A stretch of DNA of 63,401 nucleotides, filler included, from Octopus bimaculoides (GCF_001194135.2; 4 parts of 4 records of this genome joined end to end with filler, not necessarily neighbours in it), one strand, 5' to 3'. Shown: positions 1 to 14,499, counted from the whole stretch's first letter. Numbers and translations: made by a program. The notes: a model not told the origin generated them from the letters alone.

Positions 1-174
1 GTTCACTGTTCATGTAATCTATTAAAACCTTTCATACTACCTCAGCTACTCCGATATCTTTTAATTTAGTGTAGTTTTATATTTAACAGTTCTATATTTA
101 AGAGATGAGGAATTATGTACACTATCTACATTATTTACATTTGACGGATATTCATCCTCATCTTGTTTGTTGTT

Positions 175-220
175 AACATAATGTTTCGGCTGATATACCC
201 TCCAGCCTTCATCAGGTGTC
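175..220 (-). ncRNA. Hammerhead-like motif inside an interspersed repeat
   Basis: Minus strand: GACAC CTGATGA A GGCTG-gagggtatat-CAGCC GAAA CA TT ATGT. Perfect 5-bp stem II, extra A after the core, very short and decayed stem III and stem I. Confidence 0.5.
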
Positions 221-714
221 TTGGGGAAATTTTGAACCTTTTAATTAAAAAATTGTTTTAATATTTCATTTTGTCCTTTTTCTACATTTTCTATCGTTTT
301 TTACTTCATTGTTCAGTTCTGTCATCTTTCATTCTTATCTTTTGGTTTCCCTGTCACTAATTGCTGACTTCTCAAGTATCACTTCCTTCTACCTGTTTAT
401 TCCTCCTAACTTAGCTTTACTTCTCTTAGCTTAGCAATACGTCTCACCATCCTACTATGGCATTACCCTGTTATCTCTCTGTAAAATGGTTGGCTTTGGG
501 AAAGACATCCAGTTGTAGAAAAGAAACCACACCTAAACAGACAGTAGAGCTTAACATGGTCCTTAGACTTGCCAGTTCCTGTTAAATTGTCCAACCAAAG
601 GCAGTGTGGAAGATGGATGTTAAATGATGATGACGATGATGGTGATGATGATGGTGATGATGATGACGACGACGACAACGACAACGACGATGACGACGGT
701 GATTATGATGATGT

Positions 715-745
<31 letters not shown>

Positions 746-1427
746 GGTGGTGGTGTGACAACGACAACAAGGATGATGATGATGATGATTACTGAGTAGG
801 CGGTTGGGTGGGTGGAGATGTCAGATTTAATTAGACAAGGAGGATGTTTAAGGAAATGCTAATTTCTGATTATGTTCCTGTCACGTTCTCTGAGTTGAGT
901 CAACCATTTTCTACAGACATTTACAGTTATTAACAGAATATTTTGACCCAAATCAACAGATTGTGAGTTCCATTCCCATCTTGATTAATTCACTGAACAT
1001 ATCTGTTCCCCTTCTTTTTTACTTCATTAAAAACTACTATGATTGATCAGAGCTAATTAATTAATTGATTGATTGATTGTAATTAATGATGGATGAAGAC
1101 ATTAATTAATGCTAATTTATTCTATCATTAACAGTTGGTGAAACTGAGTGATTAAGGATGCTTAGAATTCTGCTTCGTATTGATATTTATATTCTTCTTA
1201 ACACCCACCCACCCTCCTGTAACCATTGCTCTATTGGTCTGGCCTGCTTATATGTCTGCCTGTGTGTCTGTCTGTCATTGTTTTTTTTTTTTGCTTCTTT
1301 CTTTCTACTCTTTTAAATATTTGGACCTGCCTCTACAGACACATACTTCCATCATCAATGCTAACTCCTACAACTATTGTCATCATCATCATCATCATCA
1401 TCATTGTCATTGTCATCATCATTGCCG

Positions 1428-1458
<31 letters not shown>

Positions 1459-1806
1459 AATCAGCATCATCAACATCATCATCATTGTCGGCATTATTTT
1501 TTAACATCCACTTTTCCATGCATGCATGGGTTGGACGGGATTTGACGTGGCAGATGCTCTTCCTGTCGCCAACCCTCCCATTTGTTTCCAAGTAAAGTAA
1601 AATTTGCCCAAGGCCAGGCATGTTTCCATGGAAGATTGGAAACGAGGGGTACTGCTTGCATGACATTTGCTTACAACTATCGCTTGATGTCAAGACAAGA
1701 AGACAGTAACACCCACACACATACACACACATATATGCATACATAGATACATATATATACACACACACATATACAAGCATACATACATATATACATATAT
1801 ATGTAA

Positions 1807-2033
1807 GGCGGCGAGCTGGCAGAAACGTTAGCACGCCGGGCGAAATGCTTAGCGGTATTTCGTCTGCCGCTACATTCTGAGTTCAAATTCCGCCGAGGTC
1901 GATTTTGCCTTTCATCCTTTCGGGGTCGATTAAATAAGTATCAGTTACGCACTGGGGTCGATGTAATCGACTTAATCCGTTTGTCTGTCCTTGTTTGTCC
2001 CCTCTGTGTGTAGCCCCTTGTGGGTAGTAAAGA

Positions 2034-2040
<7 letters not shown>
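1807..2040 (+). mobile_element. SINE family A monomer. Other copies: about 9895-10130(-), 16075-16270(-), 35215-35425(-), 43020-43255(-), 44640-44787(-), 38350-38530(+), 50380-50520(+), 62420-62575(-)
   Basis: Near-identity to the first half of 54857-55288. Confidence 0.85.
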
Positions 2041-2066
<26 letters not shown>

Positions 2067-2174
2067 NNNNNNNNNNNNNNNNNNNNNNNNNNNNNNNNNN
2101 NNNNNNNNNNNNNNNNNNNNNNNNNNNNNNNNNNTATAGATATATAAAATATATACACACACACATATGTCTAC

Positions 2175-2217
<43 letters not shown>

Positions 2218-3540
2218 CATATACATACAATGGGCTTCTTTTCGACTTTTTTCTACCAAATCCACTCTCAAGATTTTGGTCAGCCTGAGACTATAGTGGA
2301 CACTTACCAAAGTGTCTTGCAAAAGACACTTACCCAAGTGGAACTGAACCCAAAACCATAAAGTCGGGAAGCAAACTTCTTAACCACATAGCCATGCCAG
2401 CGCCTATATCTCTCTATAAAAAACAACTTCCATTACTACTATGAACTTCATTGAATTTTTTTCAGTGATATCTTCATCAAATTAACTTCACAATTTGATA
2501 AAAAAAAAAAGGCTTCTAGAAGCATCAGTCATATTTCCCTTAAACCATACCTTACCTTCTGAAAGGACACGTGATGTAGCATATGCTTCGGTACAGTATT
2601 CATAAAAAAGGGGGGGATGGTGGGGGGTTTTGAATAGCTATCTACTGGATCAGTTCCAACCTGAGGCTGAAGAAGAACAATGACAATTAAATTTATCCAA
2701 TATTACAGACATTTGACATCAAACCACTACAACCACCATCATAGTCAATACCACATCAGAATCACACAACAAAAGAGACTGCTGCTGCCACCACTACAAA
2801 TTCCCATTAATAAACCTATGTTCAGAAGCCCTAAAGCAGAAATGGCAGAGCAGTAATTAGTTCCATTCTTTGATGTTCTGATTTCAAATCCCAACATGGC
2901 TGACTGAACCTTTTGTGTCTCTACAAGAACAATCAGAATGTACCAAGCATTTACTTCAATTGACTCAATAGATTAAACTTCTTCCCAACCTAGATATTTT
3001 GTCTTATGTCATGGCAAAGAGAAGTATATCATTGTATATTGGCAGAATCATTAGAGTTTTGGACAAAATGTCCTGCAGTATTTCTTCCAGTTCTTTACAT
3101 TTTGAGTTCAAATCCCGCTATTGTTAAATTTGCCTTTCATATTTTTTTTCGTAATTGATAAAAGTGAAGTGCTGGTGGGGTCAATGGTATCAACTACCCC
3201 TACCTTCCCAAAATTTTGGTGGTTCCTCATGTCTATGCCACTCTTTACATTTTGAGTTCAAATTCCAGTAATATCAACTTTGCTTTTCGTTCTTTCAAGG
3301 TTCATAAAATAAATACCAGTGAAGTACTGAGAGTTGGAAGTATTGACTACCCGGCCGTCCCAAAATATCTGTCCTTATGCCTGTGCAAGAAACGCTGACT
3401 ATGAATANNNNNNNNNNNNNNNNNNNNNNNNNNNNNNNNNNNNNNNNNNNNNNNNNNNNNNNNNNNNNNNNNNNNNNNNNNNNNNNNNNNNNNNNNNNNN
3501 NNNNNNNNNNNNNNNNNNNNNNNNNNNNNNNNNNNNNNNN

Positions 3541-3575
<35 letters not shown>

Positions 3576-4493
3576 TAACAACAACAACAACAATAATAAT
3601 GCACTGGCTCTCATGGCTTCTCAACTGATTGGAAGTGTTATCATGTACATTGTTTTGTCTTGGTATAAAAGATGGGCTACAGCAAATATTCTGCTCAATA
3701 CCACAGATTTGCTTGTCAGTTGTTTAACCTTAACCAGTTGAGCATGTCCCTTAGTGGCTGACGATATGTGCATCTCTGGTCATGAGCAGAGTAGTGGGGG
3801 AGCATCATAGCCATGTGTTGAGAGGAATTCTTTGGAGTTTGAATAATTCACTTTTGGAAACATGGGTGTTTCATTAAACATCCTTAAACAACCCTTATTC
3901 ATGGACCTTTTGAGCAGGATGGGCTACTCGACCAGAAGAAAATTCTAACTGGGCCCCACCTGCAAGGTCATGCACTGTTTATCTTGATATGAGATTACCA
4001 TGTCACACANNNNNNNNNNCTAACTGGGCCCCACCTGCAAGGTCATGCACTGTTTATCTTGATATGAGATTACCATGTCACACACATATGGTTGTGATGC
4101 ATGTGTCTGGTGTACCCTTATCAGACTGGTAGTCAAGATGGGTATACTGGGCTTTGTATATTTTACCCCAGTGTCACTTTGATAGCATGCACTGCTCTGA
4201 ATCTTTGGTTTTTTTTTTATGTTTAAATTCAAATTCCACTAAAGTCAACTTTACCTTTCATCTTTTCGTAGTCTATACAGTACCAGTGTTATACAGGGAA
4301 TGATATTAACTTATCACTAACTCTCAAAACAATTATAATTAAGTTAAAATAAGATTGTTATTAGTCGTAATATTGATATTACCTCAACCAACTGCAATTT
4401 AACCTAAATATCCCTTAATAAAATTATTATCGTATGCAAAAGAGAACACCTGTTTCCTGCACTAAATCTTGGAACAATTTGCAAAAAATAAAC

Positions 4494-4885
4494 GAGTGGC
4501 TGTGTGGTAAGTAGCTTGCTTACGAACCACATGGTTCCAGGTTCAATCCCACTGCGTGGCACCTTGGGCAAGTGTCTTCTACTATAGCCTCGGGCTGACC
4601 AAAGCCTTGTGAGTGGATTTGGTAGACGGAAACTGAAAGAAGCCCATCGTATATATGTATATATATATGTGTATGTGGTGTGTGTGTCTGTGTTTGTCCC
4701 CTCAACATCGCTTGACAACCGATGCTGGTGTGTTCACGTCCCCGTAACTTAGCGGTTCGGCAAAAAGTGACCGATAGAATAAGTACTAGGCTTACAAAGA
4801 ATAAGTCCTGGGGTCGATTTGCTCGACTAAAGGCGGTGCTCCAGCATGGCCACAGTCAAATGACTGAAACACGTAAAAAAAAAAA
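4494..4885 (+). mobile_element. tRNA-derived SINE family B with internal microsatellite. Other copies: about 2220-2405(-), 5500-5650(+), 11690-11850(-), 17460-18050(-), 19510-19980(+), 28975-29190(+), 35770-36140(-), 56170-56320(+), 58510-58600(+)
   Basis: Head GTGGCTGTGTGGTAAGTAGCTTGCTTAC...GGTTCAATCCCACTG, core GGCACCTTGGGCAAGTGTCTTCTACTATAGCC and tail ...CAAATGACTGAAAC all recur across the window. Confidence 0.85.
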
Positions 4886-6238
4886 AGAATTAAAAAAATA
4901 AAACGTTAAAAATTGATGATTAAAGGGGAACAACTTCTACAAGAAAGTTACTTCCCTTATCAATTTAAAAAAAAATTTTTTATAGGAGATAAAAATCGTT
5001 ACATTTTATACTTTTTTTAAAAAAGAAAACAGATTTCTATGTGTTTATTAAAGAGCTATATTTTCCTTCCATTGTGTTACATTAGAAGTTTGCATGTTTG
5101 TGAATGTACGAGAGAGAGTAATAGAAGGAAATTCAAAAGATTAATTAAATTCTACAAATATTCACGATATTTCGAGGGCAAGTAACTCGCAATAATTAAC
5201 TTGTAACTTGCGTTTTATTTTTGATTAACATAAAATACATCTATAAAAGAATTAATATTTATTCATTTATACTCTCCCTGTCGATGGTTGATGTCAAAAG
5301 ACATGTTTGATAGGGGATCTCTTTCTCTACTGTCGATAGACAGGACAAAGTTACAACAGCTATATCTGAACAAAATACAAACTTCCAAAAGTCGAATGCA
5401 TTGACACCTTGTCAACATTACAGTGAACTACTGACTGTTCCAACTGGATCCCTGTATTCAATACATCTTCTTGTCGCGGGAGTCGGGAGAACACTACAGC
5501 TGTGGGGTTTACAAGCTCGCTTTGTAACCAAGTGGTTCCCGGTTCAATCCCACTGCACAGCACCTTGAGCAAGTAACTCTCACTATCGAGTCAAATTGAT
5601 CAGTGCTTTGTGAATGAATTCGTTAGGCAGAAACTCTATAGAATCCTATTGTATGTATGTGTGTATTATGTATGTGGGTGTATGTATGTGTGTGCGTGCG
5701 TGCGTTTGTGTGTATTTATTTATTTATGGGTTTCAGCCTAGTGGCTGCGGTCATGCTGAAGCACCACCGTGTTTGTGTTTGTTCACCCATCCCGCTTGAC
5801 AACCAGTGTTGGTTTGTTGACATCCAAGTAACTTAGAGGTTTGGCAAAAGAAACAAAATGACTTTAAAAAATATTGGGATTGGCTTGTTTTGTTTTGTTT
5901 TTTTTTGGTATTTTTTTGTTTTTCTTTTCAACTACACCCTTCAAGGTGGTGCGCTAGAATTGCTGCAGTCCAATGATTGAAACAATTAAAGAATAAAGAG
6001 AAAGAAAAAGAGAAAAGAAAACGCAGTCAAATACTATATTTTTATCTGGGTTACGTTATGCCCCGTTTCTGACAGTTTTGCCTAGAAATCCCTCCAAGCT
6101 TAACATAACATTAATTTTAGGATTATGTATAAAGGCTAGTGTGACGACACTATGGAAAGAAAGATATCTACGATCAGAATTAAAGATAACTTGGTTGATT
6201 AACAGTTGTTGTTGGTGCTGCTGTTGCTGCTGCGGCTG

Positions 6239-6270
<32 letters not shown>

Positions 6271-6881
6271 GGTGCTGCTGCTGCTGCTGCTGCTGCTGTT
6301 GTTGCTGCCATGTGTTGGACGGTTTGACTGGGGACTGGTGAGCCAGATGGCTGCACCAGGCTCCAATCTGATCTGGCAGAGTTTCTACAGCTAGATGCCC
6401 TTCCTAATGCTAACCACTCCAAGAGTGTAGTGGGTGCTTTTACATGTCACTGGCATGAGGGCTAGTCAGGTGGTACTGGCAACGATCACACTTGGATGGT
6501 GCTCTTAGCGCTCCACTAGCACGGATGCCAGTCATATGGTGCTATCATCGAATTTGATTTCGATTTCGATTTCACTTGCCTCAACAGGTCTTCACAAGCA
6601 GAGTTTAGTGTCCAATGAAGGAAAGGTATGCATAAGTGGACTGGTTACACCACTGGCATAGGCCACAGGTTATGGTCTCACTTGGCTTATGAAAAACTTA
6701 ACATGGATTACATGGATGGTTTGGGGTAGCAGTTTGTGAGTATTAGTCTGCTGAGGAAGGTAAAAGTTTGATTTCAAACATTTATTATATACTCTGTAAA
6801 TATGTATTTATGTATAGAGGTTTTTAGTGTTATATACAAACAGGAAAATATTTGCACACATATATTTGTGTGCGTGTATAG

Positions 6882-6955
<74 letters not shown>

Positions 6956-7171
6956 TTATATATATGTATGTATATGGTATGTGATGAGAATTTACGGAAA
7001 GGTATCCCATAGAAACTCAACAAGAAGAGAAGATGTTAGAATTTAAAAAAGAATTTTTATACATGCATACAATCGTTTCAGACAGCAATATTAACATGTA
7101 AATAACATGGTAGAATAATTAAAAATTAATTAAATTAAATTAGATTAATTACATATTACTGTTCTCCTCAG

Positions 7172-7335
7172 TACAAAAAAAGAATGCATCAAAAGATTAT
7201 TATTATTGTTACAGAAGACTTGATGGAGGAAGTAGCAAATAACATATTTGGATATACATATTTTACCCTTATGAAAGACCAAGAGCATACTAAAAAAAGT
7301 GTTGTCGAGTCTAGTTGTGAAAAAACTAAAACTCG
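7172..7335 (+). CDS. Weak candidate exon (unassigned)
   Basis: Acceptor gttctcctcag, donor CG|gtaagc, one open frame (YKKRMHQKIIIIVTEDLMEEVANN...KTKT). No homology recognised and it could be decayed transposon sequence. Confidence 0.25.
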
Positions 7336-7772
7336 GTAAGCTACCAACAAAATATGAAGAATCTTTGTTAGAAATCGCTCCTTTGGAACCCTCCAGAGTA
7401 AAGGATGAAATCGAACTCAACCTTTTCACATATATATCATCATCACCATCTTCGTTTAATCTCCGCTTTCCATGCTAGAATGGGTTGGACAATTTGACTG
7501 AGGACTGGCAAACCAGATGGCTGCACCAGGCTCCAATCTGATCTGGCAGAATTTCTACAGCTGGATACCCTTCCTAACGCCAACCACTCTGAGAGTGTAG
7601 TGGGTGCTTTTACATGCCACCGGCATGAGGGCCAGTCAGGCGGTACTGGCAACGGCCATGCTCAAATGGTGTTTTTTACGTGCCACCTGCACAGGAGCCA
7701 GTCCAGCAGCACTAGCAATCACCTCGCTCGAATGTTTTTTCACGTGCCACTAGTATATATATATATATATAT

Positions 7773-7983
7773 ATGAGAGGGTGCTAAAATGTTCTTGGCT
7801 TTAAGGGTATTGTGAAAAGCCTGGTTGGAAGCCTAACCTTCCAGGTTGTTTCACTGGGCTTAGAGAAACTGAAGGACTGCAGCAATAAGTGTGTGAATCT
7901 GAAAGGGGAATATGTTGAATAAAATCATAATTAACTGATCCTCCTGTATTTTCTCTTACCCAAAGTCAGGAACTTTTCAACAC
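7773..7983 (+). mobile_element. Second copy of the same mariner-derived MITE
   Basis: Same TIR and internal sequence as 9382-9596. Retains the mariner C-terminus GLEKLKDCSNKCVNLKGEYVE*. Confidence 0.75.
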
Positions 7984-8436
7984 TAAATATTAGGCTTTAA
8001 AAAAATGAGTACTGGGATCGATTTGTTTGACTAAAAATTCTTCCAGCCGGTGTCCCAGTATGGCTGAAGTTTAATGACTGAACAAGTATAAAATGAAAGA
8101 TGTGTGTGTGTGTGTGTTAAATAAACCGATATTACTTACTTGCCATCTTGGGTTTTCTGGATACCAATATCTCTCAATTATATATATAGACCCCTTGAGA
8201 AGAAGACCCATCAAGTTAAGCAAAATCGCAGTTGTGGCAGATACCATTATCACGTAAATGGCACCCGTTCCGGTGGCACGTAAAAGAACCCATTAAACTC
8301 TCAGAGTGGTTAGCATTAAGAAGGGCATCCAGCCATAGAAAACCATGCAAAGTTAGAAAGGATCCTGGTGCAGCCTTCCAATGTGTCAGCCCAGTCAAGC
8401 CATCCAACCCATGCCAACATGGACAACAGACATTAA

Positions 8437-8576
<140 letters not shown>

Positions 8577-8883
8577 TATATATACACACACATACACATA
8601 AATCTTTTATAATTTGCTTGTTTCAGTCATTGGCCATGCTGGGGCACCACCTTGAGGAATTAAATAAAAATATAAATCAATGTCTGATGTTATTTTTGTT
8701 TTCTCCTCAGCTAGAACTATAAGACAGCTCTGGACATGTTTCACTCTTTCTGGAATTCCTTACCATAATTTACTAAAGTACTAGTTATCAAGTTACTAAG
8801 TAAATATACAAGAATGTTTATTGTTGGCATTGAGGGAAAAAAATATTTGTATTTGTATGCATGTGCGTGTGTGAATGTGTGTG

Positions 8884-8936
<53 letters not shown>

Positions 8937-9381
8937 ACATGCGCATGCGTGTGTGTGACTGTATGTGTGTGTGTGTGTGTGTGTGTGTGGTGTGAAGAGC
9001 TCTGTCTGTTCTCAGTTGTATCATCTATTCCACTTAAACTGTACTTACACTTTTAATATGCTTGAGAATAAATATCACACAGCCTTACTCCCCCCCACAT
9101 CCTCTTTAGACTTTATACTTATGTCTATAGGTGAGATGGCTAAGTGAATAAAACATTGAACTATTTGCCCAATAAACTAGATGCAAGCATTTTGTTGTGT
9201 ATTTAGGTAGAACACTTGACTTCATGTTGTCCCAGTTCACTTAAATGTTGAGAAGGTATAACGGATCACCTGGGAATGTTACCTGTAATAGACTAGCGTC
9301 TTATCTAGTGTGACATTTGTGTCTTGCTAAATTCACACATTTGAATTTAAATTAAACACCAGCCCTTGACAATCTCTATTA

Positions 9382-9596
9382 TACAAGGGCTTGCTGAAAA
9401 GTTCCTGGTTTTAAGGGTATCACAAAAGGCCTGGTTGGGGACCCGACCTTCCATGTTCTTTTACAGGGCTTAGAAAAACTGAAGGACTACTTACAAGGCT
9501 TAGGAAAACTGAAGGACTGAATTTGAGAGGGGAATTTACTGATCCATCTCTGTTTTCTTTTATCCAAAGCTAGGAACATTTCAGCACCTCCTTGTA
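9382..9596 (+). mobile_element. Non-autonomous mariner derivative (MITE) with TA target sites
   Basis: TIRs TACAAGGGCTTGCTGAAAAGTTCCTGGTTTT and AAAGCTAGGAACATTTCAGCACCTCCTTGTA. Confidence 0.8.
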
Positions 9597-9654
9597 TCTC
9601 TTATATCTACGAGAGATACCATTTGCAGGTCCGATATAAATATAAATTCAGTTT

Positions 9655-9885
9655 TACTGCCTACCCTTACCTGTGGTCACTGATGAATGTTGGGTAATGA
9701 CCAAAAGATTACGATCACAAATACAAGTGGCCAAGAAGGGGTTCCTCAGTAAGACCTCTGGAATAATGTTACTTTACAGGGCATGTAACTCAGAGATCAA
9801 AGAGTCATTATGGGTTGAGCCACTACTTCTTCGCATTGTGAGGTCACAGCTCCAGTGTTGCAGACATGTGATAAGAATCTTTTCT
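9655..9885 (+). mobile_element. RTE-clade LINE fragment (C-terminal to RT)
   Basis: DECWVMTKRLRSQIQVAKKGFLSKTSG...NSEIKESLWVEPLLLRIVRSQLQCCRHVIRI resembles RTE W.MT...R.RIQA.EM.FLR....IR..L.VEPLL..IE..QL.W.GH. Confidence 0.7.
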
Positions 9886-10322
9886 GCTCTAGGCACAAGG
9901 CACAAAACTTTTAGGGAGGGTATCAGTTGATTAGATCAACCCCAGTATGCAACTGATGCTTAATTTATCAACCCAGAAAGGATGACAGACAAAGTCGACC
10001 GTGATGGAATTTGAACTCAAAACGTAAAGACAGACAAAATACGGCTAAGCATTTCACCCGGTGTGCTAACGTTTCTTATTTCTTTACTGCCCAAGGGGCT
10101 ACACACAGAGGGGACAAATAAGGAGACACACACCAGTAAAAGCATCAAAGAATGGTTTCTGTTTGCATTTGCGAGATTACAAAACAAAGCCTAAAAATTT
10201 TTACTTGGTGTCTTTGCTCTGTTTCAATGAAATGTCTTTTCCAAGATGAAAAACTCAAGATAATCTCCATTCCTTTTGGCAATACACATGTGATGAAACA
10301 AACTCCTAACTATCTACTTACA

Positions 10323-10401
<79 letters not shown>

Positions 10402-12665
10402 TCTCTCTCTCTCTCTCTTTCTCTCACACACACATGCATATACTTCCTTCTTTTCATAGACGTTATCTTTTTATCTGGATTTATAAGTTTGTGTTGTTAC
10501 CAAATGTCTGTTGCAATATACTGTTGCCTTTGATTTAATTTAATTTTGAAAATAATAAAGAGTTTAGTAAAATAACTTTGTCATTATTAAATCAATGTTT
10601 GGAATGCAAATCAACATGAAATTTGATGCAAAGTTTTAACCCTTTCCCTGTGAAATTAAGTTTCATTGTTATTCCAGTTATGATGTAAAATATCTACCCA
10701 AAAATAGAATTGGTATTTTCTGCAAGTCATGTTGCCAGAATAAACTTGACATATCTCAACAGAAAATAGATTCAAACATGACATTTTTCAACAAAAGCTA
10801 GGCTGGAATATAAAATTGCTCTCCACAGTTAAGGGTAATGAAATTTTGAGTGGATGTATCTGATTTCCTCAGTTAAAGGAATAATTTGATTCTTTAGCAT
10901 TTAATTCTTCTCCAGCCAAAATATTCTACCTGTTTTATATTCAAACTGGCTAGATCTAGTCTCTCGTGCCTACTGTACAATATCATTCTAAAAACAATCT
11001 ATTACATTGTTGAAATCTCAAAGTTATAAGATAATTTATGATTAAATAAGCAGTACATTTGAAAGAATAATCTAAATACCAAACAGTTAAATCACTAAAG
11101 CTGGAAGTTTGTGTCATAGAACGAAGGACAGTTTCAGACAGAATGATATCAAAAGGTTAAAGACATATTACATGATGTGGGAGTTTGGAATAATTGCTTT
11201 TTGTTTTCTATTTGTATTCTGACCCACAACATTTCCACTTTCTCCACATTTCCAGATCGTCATCAGCTTTAAAATTTTTCCTTTTATGATAATTACCTCT
11301 ATAAGTGACCCTTAGAATGCCTCTGTAAAATGTATGCACTTCAAAAGTAAATCACCTGCCCTCACTTTGTTTGGTTTCTTAAGTATGTTCACTTTCTTTT
11401 ATCACTACTTGACATCATCTCTCAATGGGTTTATGACAAACAACACAGTATTCTTCAATATCAGCATTTGACAGTCATTTCACATATTGTTGTCAGTGTT
11501 AACTTGTATCTGAGTAGTAGATCTGCAGCAAGTGCTTATTACACATATCAACGGGACACAAATACAGCATTACACCTTCCCTATCCAACAACTCAACCTA
11601 TCCAACAAATGTCACCCAGTACTAGGCCTCCTAATCTATGAAAGCCACTCAAGGCAAACAGGCACACACACACACACACACACATACACACACAGCTGGC
11701 TTCTTTCAGTTTCCATCTAGCAAATTCACTCACAAAACTTTGGTCAGCCCAAGGTTAGAGTAGAAGACACTTGTCCAAGGTGCTATGCAGTGGGACTGAA
11801 CCTATAACCATGTGGTTGGGAAGCAAGCTTCTTACCACAAAACCATGCCTGCACATTAGGGTATGAATTCTCAGGATCTATGCATATCTATGAAGAATTA
11901 CTCTGAATTCTTGCATTCCTGATTCTCTTATTTTTCTTCCTAATTTATATATTTTTAGACTCACTTTTATAAAGCTATTTCATAAATGCTTTGATGCCAA
12001 TAACAACTGCCTATCCATCTTTTATTTTATCTTACTTTCATCAGCTCCACTGGTACATTACCTTTACCCAACACTTGGTTGCATGAATTCCATCTCCCTT
12101 TGATTGACATTGGATCTTAGGTATCTAGTCCACTCTGAGCACTTATTGTTTGTATCTATCATATGCCTTTTTCTGATTTGTTCTCATCCATTATATAAAA
12201 ATAAACATGTATGTACAGGCATCTAGCAATTATTTGTCTGTTCCTCAGTGTAAATAATAATAATGGAAATGAACTCATTGTATACAGTGCTCAGGAGTAC
12301 ATTGTGTACAGCGCTCATTGTATACAGGGCACATCAGAAAAAGTAACCAAAAGTGCACGAACATCATCATCATCATCATCGTTTAACGTCCGCTTTCCAT
12401 GCTAGCATGGGTTGGACGATTTGACTGAGGACTGGTGAAACCAGATGGCTACACCAGGCTCTAATCTGATTTGGCAGAGTTTCTACAGCTGGATGCCCTT
12501 CCTAACGCCAACCACTCAGAGAGTGTAGTGGGTGCTTTTACGTGTCACCCGCACGAAGGCCAGTCAGGCGGTACTGGCAACGGCCACGCTCAAAATGGTG
12601 TATTTTATGTGCCACCAGCACAAGAGCCAGTCCAGGGGCACTGGCAACAATCTCGCTCGAAAATC

Positions 12666-12704
<39 letters not shown>

Positions 12705-12976
12705 GAACAGTACATAGAATATGCACAGGAAGAGAACAGTGAATGAGTCACTAGAAAAAAGTGTAGGGAATGAACATTAAGTGTACTATTGGTGAATTTT
12801 GGGAAATATGGAAGTTTTGAAGGACGCAGTGTCCTGACAGCTAACAAGTGATGCTAGTACTTTATTCTGTGCTTCAGCAATTCTGAGAGTAAAAAAATGT
12901 TTGTGTGTGTATGTACAAACCCAATATTTAGCATTGACTGTATGTAAGCTAATACCTTTTTCTCTGTCTACTTCAG

Positions 12977-13094
12977 CCTCAAGATGCAGAGGAGACATGT
13001 ATCGTCCATAACTTCCAGCCCCATCGTGTAGTCCAACCTCACCAATGCCTTGTGTGTAAAAAAATAATATGGAACCAAGGTAGTTCCTGCGTAG
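12977..13094 (+). CDS. Coding exon: first part of a C1 (PKC-type phorbol ester/DAG-binding) zinc finger; host gene possibly tensin-like
   Basis: Acceptor ttctctgtctacttcag, donor G|gtaagt. 118 nt, phase 0 to phase 1. Translates PQDAEETCIVHNFQPHRVVQPHQCLVCKKIIWNQGSSCV, i.e. H-x12-C-x2-C-x10-C. Confidence 0.85.
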
Positions 13095-13300
13095 GTAAGT
13101 AACCTTTGTATATGGTATGAGGCATATTGGCCCTGCCTATTTGGCATCACTGATTTGACACTGACTTATTTAACTTAAGATGTTTCAAAGTTTCTCTTGT
13201 TTTCTTCTTCCCTCTCTCCCCTCTTCTCTCCCTCTGCTTCTCTTTATGTGTATGAGAAGGAAAGTGATGATGTCAGTTGTGTTCAATCAATAAATTATAA

Positions 13301-13353
<53 letters not shown>

Positions 13354-14294
13354 CCAAAAATTGTTGCCACTAAAACAGTTTATGATAACAAGTTTCTCAA
13401 TGAAGATTGCTGGAAGAAAATATAGCTCAATAGTGAGTGAATTTATAATTAGAGGGATTGGATGTTAACCTAATAATTTAATGAGAGAATTCCTGAAAAG
13501 TATGCCATCCACAAGTGTAGTTAGGTGGGATTTGGTAGGGGTTATCCGCTCCACATGGCACTTTTGGGTCTGCTGTAGGCAATATATGTTTTATTGTGGG
13601 GTCCGGAGGTGACAAACAGAAGGGCTGCCCTGGGTGGCACACACTCTAGCTACACTAGTGATGCAATCCACTTATGAAACTAACATATCTTACCAATGAA
13701 ACTGAACTAATGAAGCTAATAGTATTTAATAAGTAATAGTTTTGTTCTCTCTCAAAAATTGGTTATCAATAAGTAAAGAATTAAGAAAGGAAAACAAACA
13801 GAAATATCTCTGATATTTGTGAAAGGATTTTCCATTCAGAATAGTGAACTTTTGAACCTGTCTGCTTATGAGAAATGGGGGTCCTTTTTTTTCTTTTCAC
13901 TAACCCCACCCAACAGGAGGGCTTTATACTGTTATCACTTTAAGTTCTTTGAAGAGAAAAGGAGCAGAGCAGGGTGGAGTGAATGCTACCCACTCCCTCA
14001 GCGACCACCACCAGTTCAGACACAAAGGTTAATATAGAAATTAATCAGTAAGGGCAGGTAAAAATATGGATAGACAATTGGGTGGGGGAAGTGGTTTTCA
14101 ACCTTGTTTTCTAGCAGATCCCTCACCTATTTGAGGTAAATGTGTGTGCATATATGTGTGTGTGTGTGTGTGTGCTGTGTACATGTGTGTGTGTGTGTGC
14201 ATGTGTATGATGTGAGAGAGAAAGAACAGTTTTTAGCATAAGAAAACTGTTTAAATGTCAGGTCAACTGAAATTGAGGGAAACACAAGCATAGA

Positions 14295-14335
<41 letters not shown>

Positions 14336-14464
14336 ACACACACACACACAAATACATACACACGCACTCACTCACTCACTCACTCACTCACTCACTCATG
14401 CACACACACACAGATGTGCACATGTACACACATACGCACACACACAGACATACACACGCTCAAA

Positions 14465-14499
<35 letters not shown>

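Noticed and set aside
3945-4085. 65-bp direct repeat on either side of a 10-N gap
   Set aside because: Typical unmerged contig overlap.
6975-7420. Possible PLE RT motifs (KGIP, YRRLDG, TYLDIHI)
   Set aside because: The spacing does not match the RT motif order. Left as an unassigned region with a weak exon candidate.
12956-13086. Minus-strand exon-like frame NYLGSILFFYTQGIGEVGLHDGAGSYGRYMSP...
   Set aside because: It is the antisense shadow of the plus-strand C1 exon, which has better splice sites and an exact zinc-ligand pattern.
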